Assembly: GCF_018977255.1 (NCBI RefSeq) | Contig: NW_024704743.1 | Coordinates: 70,868,001-70,932,000 of the forward strand | Direction: 5' to 3' | From: Callorhinchus milii | Taxonomy: Eukaryota | DNA length: 64,000 nt | In this document: one piece after another, positions 37,491-51,775 of the stretch | Layout: every line of letters begins with the position of its first letter | Position numbering within the stretch: the stretch's first letter is position 1 | Position numbers and translations under genes: made by a program | The notes under the pieces: generated by a model | Told to the model about the DNA's origin: nothing | What the model saw: the letters and a program-made list of their open reading frames with translations, nothing else | Databases searched by the model: none

Positions 37491-38827
37491 TAAAATGAGT
37501 CTGGGAAAAAAAAAGGATACTAGCATTTCACTCACAGATGGCCTGAGAGTGAGTCCATGTGAGCCTAATGCACACCAGTGGAGTCTGTGAAAAATAGGTG
37601 CCGCAGCATGTAAAACCTGCCCAGACGTCACTTTTGTTAAATTTAGAGTTGAATGTGAATCTTGAGCAGCCGTGGATTTTCCATTGCGACCACGAGCTCT
37701 AAATTCATATCCTGCAGCAAACCCACCCCAGCTCTCCAGAGGGAATTAATACCTCCGCAGAGAAACAGACTGTCATGATTTAAAATGTAATGTCCCTAAC
37801 TAATCACAAAAATACATGAATTAACATTTCCTACAAGATTTCAAACAGCATGATAGTTCAGGTAGAATCTCTTGGTAATAAAGAATCTTGTACATCCTCC
37901 CACCACTTTCTATAATAAGTATATTTAGCTCATGTCATAAATCATGCTGGTGACAGCAGTCTGGTAAATTGGTTCCTTTGCTGGTCTCTGGGAAATGCTT
38001 ACAGTACTACTGGGAACAGGCCCTGTCTGAATCTGTCTTAATAAGACACCAGTGAGAACACGCAGAGTGAAGCTTTAAAATGAGCACAGTGTTGTGCCGT
38101 TACTGTGGAATCTTACTGGTAAGGATTTACAGCGCAGCTGTACAGCAAAGATAGCTTGCAACCACCATATCTTCTCAACATTGAGCATCACGCTCGCTTT
38201 CAGAGAGTATTAAAGATTAACTCGGTCATCAAAGTGAATTAGTGCATGTCTGAAGTACATGTAATGGTGAAGTCATAATGCATTTCATCAAAGAATGGAG
38301 ACGCAGTGTCTTTCCCATTTATACTAGAAATCAAATTGAATTTACCATCCCCTCCACCCAACTATCAGTGACCTTTCTGCCACAATGCTCCACTTCAACA
38401 ACAAATTACCATCTCCTCTATATCTCACATCCTCTCTATCCAGTTGTTGAATGCTGATATAAATTATATTGTTTCAACTGATCACAAGATGATTTCAGAA
38501 GAAGAAGGTGCTCCAGCCCATTTGATCTTTTCCTTCCCACCCTATCATCCTTCCATCACAGCATTAGCTGTTTCTTAAATGAGTTTGACATCCTGGCATC
38601 AGACACCCTTCTTGATAACTTTTTCAAGTGTTAATTATCTGCAGACAAAAAAATATTTCCTGTTAGTCCAGAAGTTGCAAACTGTGGTCTTTTGTTCTGT
38701 TGCTTCTCTGAAAGTAATGTTCTTAGTTTATTTTCTCAATCCCATTTAGAATCTATAAGGACTTGGGACATCTTATATACCGCTACCAGTGCATTGGGAC
38801 ATCCTCCCGATGTGAAAGGCGCTATAC

Positions 38828-39146
38828 AAAAACAGAAGTCGCTGGGAACACTCATCTATGGAGGAAGGAAAGTAAGTCAATGTCTCGGGTCCATGACCCT
38901 TCATCCGAACTGGGGCATGTTGTAAGGGAGAGGCTTTTAAGGGCTAACAGAAAGAGGGGAGGCAGGGCAAGGAAGACAAAGGAGAAAATGGGGTAGAGAC
39001 GGGGAATGTTGGGTTAAAGAGGTGTTGATGCAGAACAAAGGGGGGGATTGCAACAAAGCAGGAGAATAGAGGTGTTAATACTGCAAAAAAAATACTCTTC
39101 TCTTCAACGTGACTTTCCAGCATCTGCAGTATTTGGTGTTTTGTTT
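38828..39146 (-). mobile_element. Penelope-like fragment (mutated hammerhead) joined to an L2 tail
   Basis: Collinear with 60833-61052; hammerhead boxes read CGGATGA and GAGAC. Confidence 0.7.
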
Positions 39147-39289
39147 ATATTTAATTCACTGCATGCAAGTATGACTTGCAACTGTGTTTTATGAATGTGT
39201 TCTCGTCGCAAAGGTGATGCGAATCTGTGTTAAAAAGGGGGTTGTGAGTCTATTATTTATTCAAGTAAAATGCAATGTCAAAGAGATTT

Positions 39290-40780
39290 TCAACTGACAT
39301 TAATCTCGCAGCTTGGAAGCAAAAAGTAGAGGTAAAGGAAGTTTCTCAGACCGGGAAGATGCAATGAGTAATATCCCACGGGGCCTTATATCAGGGCTGC
39401 TCTTATTATTACTTAGATTAATCAAGTGAATTTAAGAATTGAGGGAACAATATAAAAATTTGCTTATGACACCACATTGGGCGGTCATGGCAATTTGTGA
39501 CAAGTACTGTAAAACGCTGCAGGAGAACACAGATAGATTAACAGGGTGGGCAAATAGGTGATAGATACAGTACAATATAGAAGCAAAGTATAGCATGTTG
39601 TTAGTAAGAATGGGGAAAGGAAATACACCAGAAATGGTAAGATTTTAAATGGAATAGAGGAGTTGTTAAAGGCTTTTGAAGACGTACCACATGAAAGACT
39701 CCTTCACAAATTGATGTCACTGGGTATTGCTCTGTGACGCTACCCTGTCTGAAGGGTGCTATATAAATGCAAGTTGTTGTTATTGTTATCAAGACAAGAC
39801 AGTGGACATGGATTCAGAAATACCTGAAGCAAAGGAAGCAGAGCATCATTATTAGAGGAGCCAGGTCAATACCCAATGTAAGGTAATTACATTTGCTAAT
39901 TTCACCAGTTAAAGGGAAACTCTGGAGTCACAGGAGGCAGCAAACTCCTACAAAGAGAGCTTGATAGAGTATGTATGTGAGTTGATCACTGGCAAATGAA
40001 ATTTAATACTGGTAGTTGTAAGGTACTACTTATAGGATGGAAGAAGATGAAAAACAAGTACTCCATGGATGGGATAGAACTTGCCAAGGGGGAAGCTGAA
40101 AGATATCCAGGAGTGTTAGTTGACTCAGCGCTCGCTAAATCAAAATGGTGTGAGGCAGCAATAAGCAAGGCAAACAGGATGCTGGGCTATATTGCTAAAT
40201 CAGTTGAGTTCAGATCCCCAGATGTCATACTCAGGCTCTACAGAGCTCTGATCTGACCACACCTTAAATATTGCACACAGTTCTGGTCATCGTGACAGAA
40301 GACGGCTATCCAGGCCCTATAAGTAGAGCAATGAGGATGATCCTCAGTGTTAAAGGAATGAGCTATGAGCTATTAGAGAGGAGATATTTTGGAGGGGATC
40401 TTATAGAGGTGTACAAACTTTTAAATAGGGTTGAAAACGTAAAATCAGAATAATATTTTTGGATGCACCAAGACACTAGAACAAGAGGACATGGGTCAGT
40501 ATGTGTTACACCCCACTGCATTCTCTGAAAATAACAAAATACTGCACTCATGCTTAATTACAGGTCAATTTCAGGACAGACATCTGGAAGTTTTTCTTGA
40601 TTCAGAAGGTAATTAGCAATTGGAACAGGTTACCAGGAAAGGTGGATCAGGTCAGAACATTATACCCATTTAAAAAGCAACTTGATGCTGTGATGGGGGA
40701 TAGTAGGATGGGTATAGTGGAAGGATAAGGTCAGATGGGCCAAAGGATCTTCTTGATCCAAACCAATCTTGCAATTTATA
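39290..40780 (+). mobile_element. Degraded CR1 fragments (older families)
   Basis: WQMKFNTGSCKVL, AISKANRMLGYI, ILRLYRALI, GDLIEVYK motifs, with stops and frameshifts. Confidence 0.8.
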
Positions 40781-40964
40781 GGATTGATTTAATGTAGTTC
40801 CACATTCAATTCATACTAAAAGTTTACTATATATAAATCTAGTTTAACTGTTATTGATTCAAATAGATCAATTCTTGGATTGTTTGAGCATCAAATCCCA
40901 AAACAATCTTCAATAAGTAATTTCATTGTTAATAACGGCAATATAATAATAATAAAATGTATAT

Positions 40965-41344
40965 TAATAATCCTTGCATTTGATATAGCGCATTATCACG
41001 TCTTTGAGACGTCCCAAAGCGATTCACGGAATATACTGTAAAGTAAATTGACTGTATATTTTGTGGGCAAAACGAGGCAACCAATTGCACACAGCAGTTT
41101 CCCATAAACAGTCATGGATTAAGTGACCAAATTAATATTTTTTATTTTTTATTTTTTTGAAGGGATTATTACCCCCGGGAAACCAATCCTCCAATTGACT
41201 AACAACCGGGTACTTATGTACTGCAAGGTGAACAGGAGTGTGTGGAGTAAGGAACTTTGCCCAATGTTTCGCCCTGCTGAAAATCTCACGCAGGTCCTTG
41301 TGCTTGCAAGGGTAATGCTCTAACCACTGAGCTACAGGATTCCA
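40965..41344 (-). mobile_element. tRNA-derived SINE, long subfamily
   Basis: All modules present on the minus strand. Confidence 0.88.
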
Positions 41345-42806
41345 ATATAGCAATTCAACTGAAAAGTATAGGTTTAAACATCCATGGTCAGTTCATTAGA
41401 TATTGTGAAGGTTTCAATGCTATCAGAGAGAAGGTTTTTAATAACTTCTAAATGTTAACTTGTTTTCAAGGTCAAGTAGCTAGGTTGACTCTCTATTGCA
41501 GCAATGACGGAGCATCTCATTGAGGTACTGTCCTTAATGCACATGCATAGAAAACTGTTCAACTCAGACGGGATAGTATAAATTCGCTTTTGCACCGTTT
41601 TGGTGAAGGTACATAATATAAAGAGGACATAAGATAAAGCCAGACTGGCTTGATTTATGAAATAATAACTTTGTCACGCGAAGTTCTGTAAGAAACTATC
41701 CTGCCAGACAATTTAACTTGAAGATAGTTCCTATATATCAGATTTAATTCAATATAAAGGTAGTAATTTATGATTAGAATATGGCGATTGGATTGTGTTG
41801 CTTTTTGAAGGTGATATTGCATTTCATTCAATTTTCCCTCTATCCTTAGATTTCCCAACCCCACACTATACCAAGAGGTCAGGCAGGATGAATAGTAGTA
41901 CCTGAAACTGAAGCCTAACCTAACTATTACTTCCAAATACTGACTGACCAGCTGCCTACTTTCAGTCACTTCTCAAGGTATCAATACATTTACTGAACTT
42001 GGCAATGTGAGCTCATGTAATGTTGGCATTGATTCAATTCTGAGATCACCTTAAAAATAAGGTTATTATAAGCTGTAAGCATGATAAATTTACCAACTTG
42101 GGAAGAATGAAAGTATTTCACAGAGAGGGTAATTAATGACTGGAACAGTGGTTGAGGTCAGGATGTTGATGTCATTTTAAAAAAAACTTGATGCTGCAAT
42201 GGCTGATTATATAGAGTGAGTTTTCTAGAAAGATGAGATCAAATTGACCTCTCTTCAACTCTCTTGTGGTCTGTTGTGATCTTGTGAATATTATATGGCC
42301 CGAAGAGCCTCTTCTTCCAAGCTTCTCTTGAATATAATGAGCAATGGACTCTCAACCCCGTGAATAAGATACATTTGCGCCACGTGAAAAGGCCATTGTA
42401 TCACATTGACAATCTCACTCCCTATCTCTACTACACACCGCATAGCTTATGAAACTGAGATGAATCTGGCATATTTGCAGACTCGTATCAGCAAAAAAAT
42501 AAACCAGCAGGAACGAATCATCAGATTAATCTTTTCACAGAAACAAAACAAAGTAGCTGGGTAAAATATTATGTATCAAAATTTGTTTTAAGTAATTTAT
42601 TTCTTTAGTAATACAGCTGTAAGCACTGGGGTATTCCTTGCTTCCCTTACCACACTCTTCTGTTCCTCCTCGAGTCTACAGGCTTTTTAAATGTAAGGTT
42701 GGAGTAACCTCACCACTACTCACTTTATCTTGTTTCCTTTCTACTATCATAAGTTGCTGAAGACATATATTATTGATATATTGCACTGCATTACTGGGTT
42801 ATACTT

Positions 42807-43126
42807 GTGGAGTCCTGTAGCTCAGTGGTTAGTGCACTCGCTTTGCAAGTGAGAGACCTGAGTTCAATTCCAGGCAGGGAGAAACCTTGGGCAAGTTTCC
42901 TTACTCCACACAGAGCCTAATAATAATCCCTCCAAAACCAATAATAAATTGATCATTTTCAATCCACGACTGTTTGTGGGACATTGCTGTGCGCAATTGG
43001 CTGCCGCGTTCGCCCACAAATATACAGTCAATTCAATTTAGAGTGTGTTCTGTAAAGCGCTTTGGGACGTCCTCCCGACGTGAAAAGCGCTATATCAAAT
43101 GCAAGGATTATTATTATTTATTATTA
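42807..43126 (+). mobile_element. tRNA-derived SINE, short subfamily, young, probable 7-bp TSD
   Basis: TSD ttatact at 42799-42805 and 43124-43130; CpGs retained. Confidence 0.92.
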
Positions 43127-43682
43127 TACTGTGTTCATATTAAGCCCTGATATTTTACTTGCATTGTTTGAGTGAAAGATATTTCATGATCATTAAACAG
43201 CTAGCAAAGCAAGCCAGCCTTTATTTTAACATTAATTGGGAATACGAGCTTCTTGTCAGTCTGCTCCAATCCATTCATGCATACAAAACTTAACATCACA
43301 AAATTACAATAATAATTCTTGCATTTCATATAGAAACTTATCACATCAATGAAACACTCAAAGAACTTTGCAGGATTTACTGTAGAGTGTAATGTACTGA
43401 CTGTGTATTTGTAGCTAAATCCAGCAGCCAATTTGCACAGAGCAATGCCCTACAAACAGTGAGTGATCAATTTTATCTGGGAGATTGTTGGTCAGGGTCC
43501 CGGGAGATACTCCCTTCTATTTTGTGCCAGACAATGAGCTCAAGAACCAATGTGGAGCTTGAACCTACCACCAGAGGGTAAAGTGCTACGAATTCACCAA
43601 GGCTGAGATCGAAACATGTTAATTTTAAGCAGCATGCGTATCGTGCAACTGCAGAGCTGTACAAGGTTACATCTTTATAATG

Positions 43683-44049
43683 ATAATAATAATTCTTGCA
43701 TTTGATATAGCGCCTTATCACATCTTTGAGATGTCTCAAAGCTCTTAACTGAATATATAGTAAAGTGAATTGACTGAATTTTGTAGGCGAAATGCAGCAG
43801 CCAATTGCGCACAGCAGTGTCCCACAAACAGTCATGAATTGAGTGACCAACTGTTTTTCCATTATTTATTTTTGAAGGAATTATTACGCCCAGAAAAGCG
43901 ATTTGCCAATTGACTAACGACCAACTGCTGCTAGGCAAACAGAGGTGTGTGGAGTAAGAAAACTTACCTAACATTTCGCCTTGCCCGGGAATCGATCACA
44001 GGTCCTCCCGCTTGCGAGACTAGTGCTCTAACTAATAAGCTACAGGACT
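43683..44049 (-). mobile_element. tRNA-derived SINE, long subfamily
   Basis: All modules present on the minus strand. Confidence 0.88.
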
Positions 44050-44984
44050 TTGCTTGAAGCTCTTCCTCAACGTTGCCCACCACCACCACTACATCTCCCT
44101 TCGGGCCTCCGAGACCCTTATTCATGCCTTTATCACGTACAAGCTTCTCTCTGGTTGTCCTATTTCCCAACTCTTCCCTCCACAACCTGTAGAACATTGA
44201 GAACTCTACAGCGTGTGTCCTCTCCCACACTCGGCTCCATGAGCCTGGTGTGGGAGCAGACCCAAGCTGCAGTGTTCTCACCCTCTTCATTGCCAGGCTC
44301 CACATCCTCCAGAGGATTGAGTTCAGGATGCTTATCCTCACTCTTAAAACCCTCCATGTTCATGCCCACCCTACCTCTGTGACCTTCTAAAACCCTCCCA
44401 ACTTACATACTCCCTCCACTCGGCAGAAGGGAGGGGTGAGTTGCTACACATCCCGTCCTGCCCGCCCCACCATCAGCAGTCGGCTCTTCAGCCTTTCTGC
44501 CCCCACTCTCTGGAACTCCATCTCAGAGTCTCTTCACCTCGCCCTCCCTCACCATCTTCAAGATCCATCTCAAGATCTTCCTCTTTGACCATACTTTGTC
44601 ATCTTCCTGTCATCATTCCCTTGGCTCCTACCTCTTCTGCATCCAGCCTCCAGCTCGGGGACAAACCCTCGCCTTGGGACGTCCTCCTGATATGAAAGAT
44701 CCTATATAAATGCAATTTGATGCTTAATAATTTGTTGCTTACGGTAAAATAAACCAGAGTTAATTAACTTTGGGAAACTAGCAATAGTCATATTGGATAA
44801 CTACAGTAGAATAATATACTGCTTTTGGTGATGCTAAATTAAGCTCATTTTGTAAATTAAAAATTTAGAGGAAAAGAGACTACTGTACAATGCAATTTAA
44901 TGCAAGGAAGAGCATTACAAATTCATCAAACCTGTCTTTATATAAGATTAAGATATGAAGGATATAAAATGAAGCTGATATTCC

Positions 44985-45432
44985 TTAATAATAATAATCC
45001 TTGCATTTTAACATGTCTTCGAGATTTCTCAAAGCGCTTCACAGAATATATTGTAAATATACAGAATATACTGTATATTTTGTGAGTGAAACACGGCAGC
45101 CAATTGTGCACAGCAGTGTCCCACAAACAGTCTTGGTTTGAGTAACTAAATTATTATTTTTGTTTATTTATCTATTTTTAAGGAATTATCACGCCCAGAA
45201 AGCCATCCGCCAATCGACTAACAACTGGGTTCCTACTTACTGCTAGGTAAACAGAGACGTGTGGAGTAATGAAGCTTGCCTTGTGGTAATGAAGCTGAGA
45301 CGCCGTCCAGCGTGGAGGGCGCTATATAAATCCAAGTTGTTGTTGAAGTTGTTGTTGTTGCCTATCATTTTGCCCTGCACAGGAATCGAACCCAGGTTTT
45401 CTTGCTTGTGAGGCAATACGCTACAGGACTCC
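44985..45432 (-). mobile_element. Long-subfamily SINE interrupted by a tiny L2-tail insertion (~45282-45360, +)
   Basis: SINE modules flank GAGACGCCGTCCAGCGTGGAGGGCGCTATATAAATCCAA(GTT)n. Confidence 0.85.
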
Positions 45433-48399
45433 TTAATTTCTAATAGCATCTTAGGCAAAACACAACTGAAATAATTATCATTGGGAACACTACTTAATAC
45501 AGAAATATTCATCTTCTGATGGTTATGGGTTAAAAGGATCATAGCTTTCAATAATGCAGGTACATTCTCCTTTCCAACCATATTTATTGCAATAAGGGTG
45601 CTTTGCAGATGGCATGCTATGATTTTGAATAAGGATTTTATAAAATTAATTATTTTCTCTGTGTCAAACTCAGTCCTTTCTGTGAGAACACATCATCAGC
45701 GTAAACGTTTCACATTAACTGGGCTTTAGGTTCAGAAGGATAGAACCTGGGATTATTAACACTGTGTCACAATAATAACATTAGCATTCCGGTTAGTGGT
45801 AGATGTGCAAGAATCATAACAGCAATGGTAAAATTAAGATTTTTTTGTTTACACTTTGTTTAATTACTTATAATAATAATACTTGCATTTGATTTAGCGC
45901 CTTATCACATCACTGAGACGTCTCAAATCATTGCACAGAGTATATTGTAAAGTGGATTTTGTGAGCAAACGTGGCAGCCAATTGCACATAGCAGTATCCC
46001 ACAAACAGTCGTGGATTGAATGACCAAATATGTTTTACTTCCTAACAATGAGTGGTTGAATGTCTCGTTGAGGAAATAAAGAGCATGGATGATGGAGGTT
46101 GTCTATAAATCATTGGTGTTAATCCAGTTGGGTAAAAGGAGATACTGATTCAGTCTTGCCTAGGATAGGTCACAAATTCCTAAGAGAACATAGAACGAAG
46201 GACCCACCCATTCCAGCAAGCACATTCTCTCCGCAAACTATGTAAATCTCCCTAAACATCAATACAATTCACAATTGTTTTAATTTCCTGAGGGAAAATT
46301 GTGGAAAATCCCTCCATGAGTCCGAAAGAAAATTATTCAAAATTCCAGATTGTCTGTGTTACCTTATAACACCCATTATTTAACCCTAAACATGCATGAT
46401 ATTTTTACAGTCCCAGCAGCACAGAAATCACAGTCTTGCATAGGCAACTGTTTCTGTAAGTACTTCTTTTATTTCCCAGTAAAATTGGTAGTTAGTTTTC
46501 TCAGTGGAATTTCAACACTTTGATGAGGAAGTGCAACAGATGCAATGCAGTATGTCAGCCAAAGGGATCCTTAGAGTTTACATTTACCGTATCAGTGTCT
46601 CTTTATGGAGTGTACAATATCATTCATACAACTTCAGGAAATGAGGAATTCATCTCCCAATTGAATTACTATTGCCATAGAGAGTAATGGTCAATATAGT
46701 CACGCACCACTAGAACACTAAAGAAAATGGATATATATCCATCACTAGAAATCTAGTTTCCAGATAACTATTGGAACAAAACTTCAGCAGAAGGGTAAGA
46801 ATAATCTGTCTCACAACAATCTGAAAAACCATAGGGTGCTTGCACTGGTCCATTTGATCCAGTTAGCAGCACTCTCACCTCTGATTCATAAAGTTGGGCA
46901 TTTCAAGCTCCAGTTCAATACTGGGAGTACATTACAATATCAGAGATGACACCAGGGTCCCAAGACTGCCTGTTCAAATGAATATTAAATATCTAAGGAC
47001 ACTATTCAAAAAGAGAAGGCAATTTCTCCAATTGTCCAGGCTAACAATCCTCCAAACTAAGTGTTCATTTATCTCATGGCTGTTTGTGGAATTTCTGTGG
47101 GAATTTCTTTGCCTAAAAATGCAGTCACTACACATGACAGTAATTAGCATGAAGCTCCCTGTGACATTGTGAATTACAAGGAGCTGCACAAATGCAAGTT
47201 CTTTCTTGTGCAACATGATCAATTTACAAACATGTGAAACTTCAGCGGTTCCTCTGAGCAGCCCCATCTTGTTCATTAAGTTTAGCAAACAGTGCTGAAA
47301 TGATGTTTATTATAGTTTGGATAAGGATTTTATTCACCAAGTAAGAAATGAATGTCTTGTCTTCATGTGAAATGAACACTCACCAGATCAGTTGTTCTGA
47401 TCAAAAATGTCAGAATCCTTGTTCAGGAACCATCCACAAAAACATCTTTCTGTGACTCTTATGTCTTTGTGGGAGAAATACTACCAGGAGGGCACTAATA
47501 TCTGGTCATGAACTTTAACTCTCTCTCCAATCCACTCTGGAAAAAGGACCGAGAATACATCACCAACAGTGTCAATATTAGTTTCTGACCACCTGGCAGG
47601 AGATCAGAAACCAACAAAGCAAACAAGATCTTAATGTGAGAGAAATCATGCTGCTAAAGCATATTTTATTCACATGAAGGAAACCAAGGATCTATTACTT
47701 TAGGTTCATGAATGTAATGATTTACTGTATTTAATTGCTGGTAATGTGTGCATTAAAGAACAATAAAATGCACAAGTCATAGAATTTGCTAATAATCAAC
47801 TGCAAATTATTTCTCATGAACTTGCCGTGCCAACATTACAGGCATGAATTCTGCAGCTTGAATGCCATTAGGCACCTGACATATGGGCTATTACTCTTAG
47901 TACTGAAATAGACCCAAAGTCGAAATAAATAAAACATCATTAAATAATGGGGTGAAAAATGCTATGTTTCAGAACAGATACGATAACACGTTCAATAATA
48001 ATCAAATCTGTTATGAAATGTCACTTTTTCAGCCCAATACATATCATAACCAAACATATATTGCAAAAGAAAATACAGTAGAATTTTTGTTTGTGTAATG
48101 GACTTCATTCTGGTTTGTAGTGCTATATTTTTATGCAATCGCAAAGGATTTCACTCATCAGCTCTTTTACAATAAAGTTAAGACTCAATTTATGTATTTT
48201 TCGTGGTCCATTTAATTTCATATATGAAAAAATTCCAAGCACAAATGTAGTGAAATTAAATGGACCACGAAAAATACCTGTTATAAAATTGCTGAGACCC
48301 TGAGGTGAATTCTCAGTGATCTAATATGAGGATGTAGATGTAGATGATTCTAAATGTAGCACACTCAGACTCTGTAGAGTATCTGACTCACATAAATTT

Positions 48400-48710
48400 T
48401 GTAATAACATTGCATTTGATATAGCGCCTTATCACATCGTTTTCATACGTCTCAAAGTGCTTCACATAATATATTGTAAAGTGGATGAACTGTGTATTTT
48501 GGGGGTGAAATGCAGCATCCAATTGCACACAGCAGTGTCCCGTAAACAATTGTAAAATATTTTTCAGGGACTATTACCACCGGAAAGCAATCTGTCAATC
48601 GACTAACAACCGGGTTCCTACTTACTGCTAGGTACATAGATGCATGATCCTGTGTATGAGGAAGCTTGCCTAAGGTTTTGCCCTGCCCGGGATTCAAACC
48701 AGGTACTCTA
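48400..48710 (-). mobile_element. Long-subfamily SINE
   Basis: Tail, Deu-like, CORE-like and B-box region. Confidence 0.82.
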
Positions 48711-50899
48711 AACATTATACGATGGGATTCCACAAGGGTATCATGAATAGAAACATCGTAAGCATTGAAAAATAGAATGGTTATTTTATCATTTATCATC
48801 TAGAAACTGCTTTGCTAAATTTGAAGACTCCTTTCATTTATACGAAACTCCTGTATTTAATAAATGAATAACCCCCTCACAATACATTAATTTGATTAAG
48901 CAAGAGCACAAAGGAAAGATACAATCCAATGAAGGAAATTCAGAATGGACTAGACAAATTTACTTTATTTTTCTAATTAATTTCATAAATTAATCTTTGA
49001 TTACTTTTCTCATGGCATACAAAATTAAAAAAGGGATTTTTTTGGGGGGTAACAAAAAAGTTAAATTAAATTATATTAAAAAAAACAAAATTAATAACCT
49101 GGTTACAGTGGTTAAGATATTCCATTCAGGAGTTTCGGCTGTGAGGCCAACAACAACAACAAGATTCCATTTAGAGAGCGCCTTTCACGTCGGGAGGACG
49201 TCCCAAGGCGCTGAGGCCAATTTCAAACAGAGCTAACAATAATAAATTATTATTACTAAATTTATGAATTTATTGCCGAGCATTCTAACCAGCAAATTCT
49301 TATACAGTCCAGATATTTCATGTTTATTGGCATGAACCTAGTTCCCTGTGCAATACCCCTCATTATCAAAACCAAATATTCCGCTTTTGTTTTAAGCAAG
49401 AAGTAAAATGCCAAACTGTTTGTGATAGGTATTAGAAATCCGTTGGTCAATTTGATTCAACAGTCTGCTACAGTTCTCCCTTGTGGTTAATGAATATAAT
49501 GTAATCAAAAATTCCATCAGCTCTGATAATTACATTCAGCAATACTGTGTGGTTAATTTCCGTTTGATTTTGCAGCAAACCAATTCATGACGTTGCAGTC
49601 ATTTTGTTCTTACCAGTGGGAATGAGCATTCCGCAATTTTAATTTTGTGCTTCAGACTGTAAAATGCAACGATGCATGCAGCTGAAGATCAAAAGTAACA
49701 CTGGCCAACACACAAACTACCCTTGTCCACTATCAAATACATACGTTTCACTCTTGTTCATACCTGGGTAAAGGGTCCGGTCTCTCCTACTGCTCTATCA
49801 AGCTTTTCAGATTCAGATTTAATTCAAGATACAGTCATTGGAACAAAGCACATGAATTTGTCTCTATCCGGCAGTTTATGTTTCATACAGAATACATCAC
49901 ATATTATTCTCCTAGTAATTTCCTTGTAACATAATACTTGGATTACAATGTTATGGAGGGGAAACGAGGTATGTAATTTGATAATTAACCAATGATAGAG
50001 GTGTACATTATATTTTTTTAATGGGATTGATCCAGATCAAGACTTTAGTTTATAACAAGATAGTAGAACAAGAGGACATAGGTTTCGAGTTTTAAAGGGC
50101 GATTTCAGGGCAGATACCAGCAAGTTGTTCTTTATGCAGAAGGTAATCAAAAAGGTGGTAGAGGTCAGAATACTCATTTAAAAACCAGCTTGATGCAGTG
50201 ATGGGGGGAGGGTATGGTGGGGTGGGTGCTTTGAAGGGATAAGATCAGATGGCCCAAAATGACTTCTGATTTCATTCCTCCAAAACACCCACCCTACCAC
50301 CATAGGATTCCAGGATCACGTGTGATCTGTGATCCTGGGATCGTATTGGCCACTAATATACAATATCAGGCCTTGTTGGAGTGATCGTATAATGCTATAA
50401 CATGTTATCCCAATGTGTCACCTAGACCACTTACTGCTGTTTTTCTAGATTTCTGCAAATGTCTTTTCCAGCCTGCTGTTTTTGCAGCTTCCCTATATGC
50501 ACATGCAATATTTTTTGAAAGAGAGGGCTGACTCTGCCACCCTGTGTTTATGGCATGAATTGTACTTCATTGCAGAGTGAAATTATGTGAACACCATCCA
50601 TCCCACCTGGATCTGATACAGGGAAAATTCCTGGTGACATATTTTATAAAGTCCCATACTCTGTTTAAGAACTGCAAAAAGCTGGATCCCAAGTTCGGAC
50701 TGAATTTAAGCATTTGTCATACATTTAACATAATCTGAAACTCTAAGGCAATAATTATCTCAAGGCAAAAAGAATATGAAATTTCAAGCTTCAAGTAGTT
50801 GTCCAAATGGCTGTTGTTCATTTTTGTGCTCTCATGCTACAGAATGTATAAGAAAGTACGTAAGACTCTGAGCTTGTATAAATATAGGGCATGACCGCT

Positions 50900-51600
50900 T
50901 TCTGACTTAGTGTGTCAGGGAGCCCACAAGGGGTAATTCCTTTCTTGACCAAGTTCTAGTCAGTGACCCAGATACTATTCAGGGAATGAAATAGTTGGTC
51001 CACTGGGGGACAGTGAGTATGGCTGGATAACCTCCAGTTTGACTTGGAAAACAGCAGCAGCACCCAACCAAACTCCAGTGTTCAACTTTAGACAGTTAAA
51101 CTTCAGGGTATGATGACTCAGTGAAGGGACATAGACTGGAAGGCATTACTCAAGGACAAATCAAGTGTAGCAGAGGCAAAATAAACAAAGAACACACCCA
51201 AATGTATCAATAGGAAAATAAAAAGGGAGATGAAAAAGAAAGAGAAGATCTACAAAGCGTTTAGAGAGAAAGGAAAGGGTAACCATGGGTCTGAATACAA
51301 AACTGTACAGAAAGAGATTTAAAAAGAGATTGGGGAAGCCAAGAGAAACTGGAAAGGGACATAACAGTAAATGCAAAAAAAAAATTAAATATTACAACGT
51401 TATTAGACGTTAAAACCCTAAGGGATTCAAATGAGTTCGAAAAAGAAAATGAACAAGAGATAGCAAACATATTAAATGGCCATTTCCTGGAACATTTTTA
51501 CCAGAGAGGACACTAAGAGCATGCCGCCAAACAGCCAGCAAACATTGTTTGAGATCCAAGACTTTGACATAGAAATGAGGCTAACATTTTGAATAGGCTC
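50900..51600 (+). mobile_element. Highly degraded CR1-like internal fragment (endonuclease-RT linker)
   Basis: Remnants such as ctgggggacagtgag (LGDSD-like), aactttagacagttaaacttc and gagatagcaaacatattaaat...tttttaccagagaggac. Confidence 0.5.
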
Positions 51601-51775
51601 AAACAGGGCCAGGTTAACCAATAAACCAATTAAACCATGGTTTAGGGCCTCAAGATATGAAGGACCCCAGCTATGGATATTGTGTTAAAAATTAACCATG
51701 CATATTATTAGATTACCTAAAATTAATATGATAACATAAGTCGCAAAACAGTCAGACCAGGGCTGAGTCACACGT

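Noticed and set aside
49915..49975. Exon-like segment with ctcctag acceptor and gag|gtatgt donor
   Set aside because: Stop codons in all three frames and no supporting context.
51604..51670. Possible hAT-like MITE end (cagggccaggttaacc...tagggcctc)
   Set aside because: No convincing partner TIR or TSD found.
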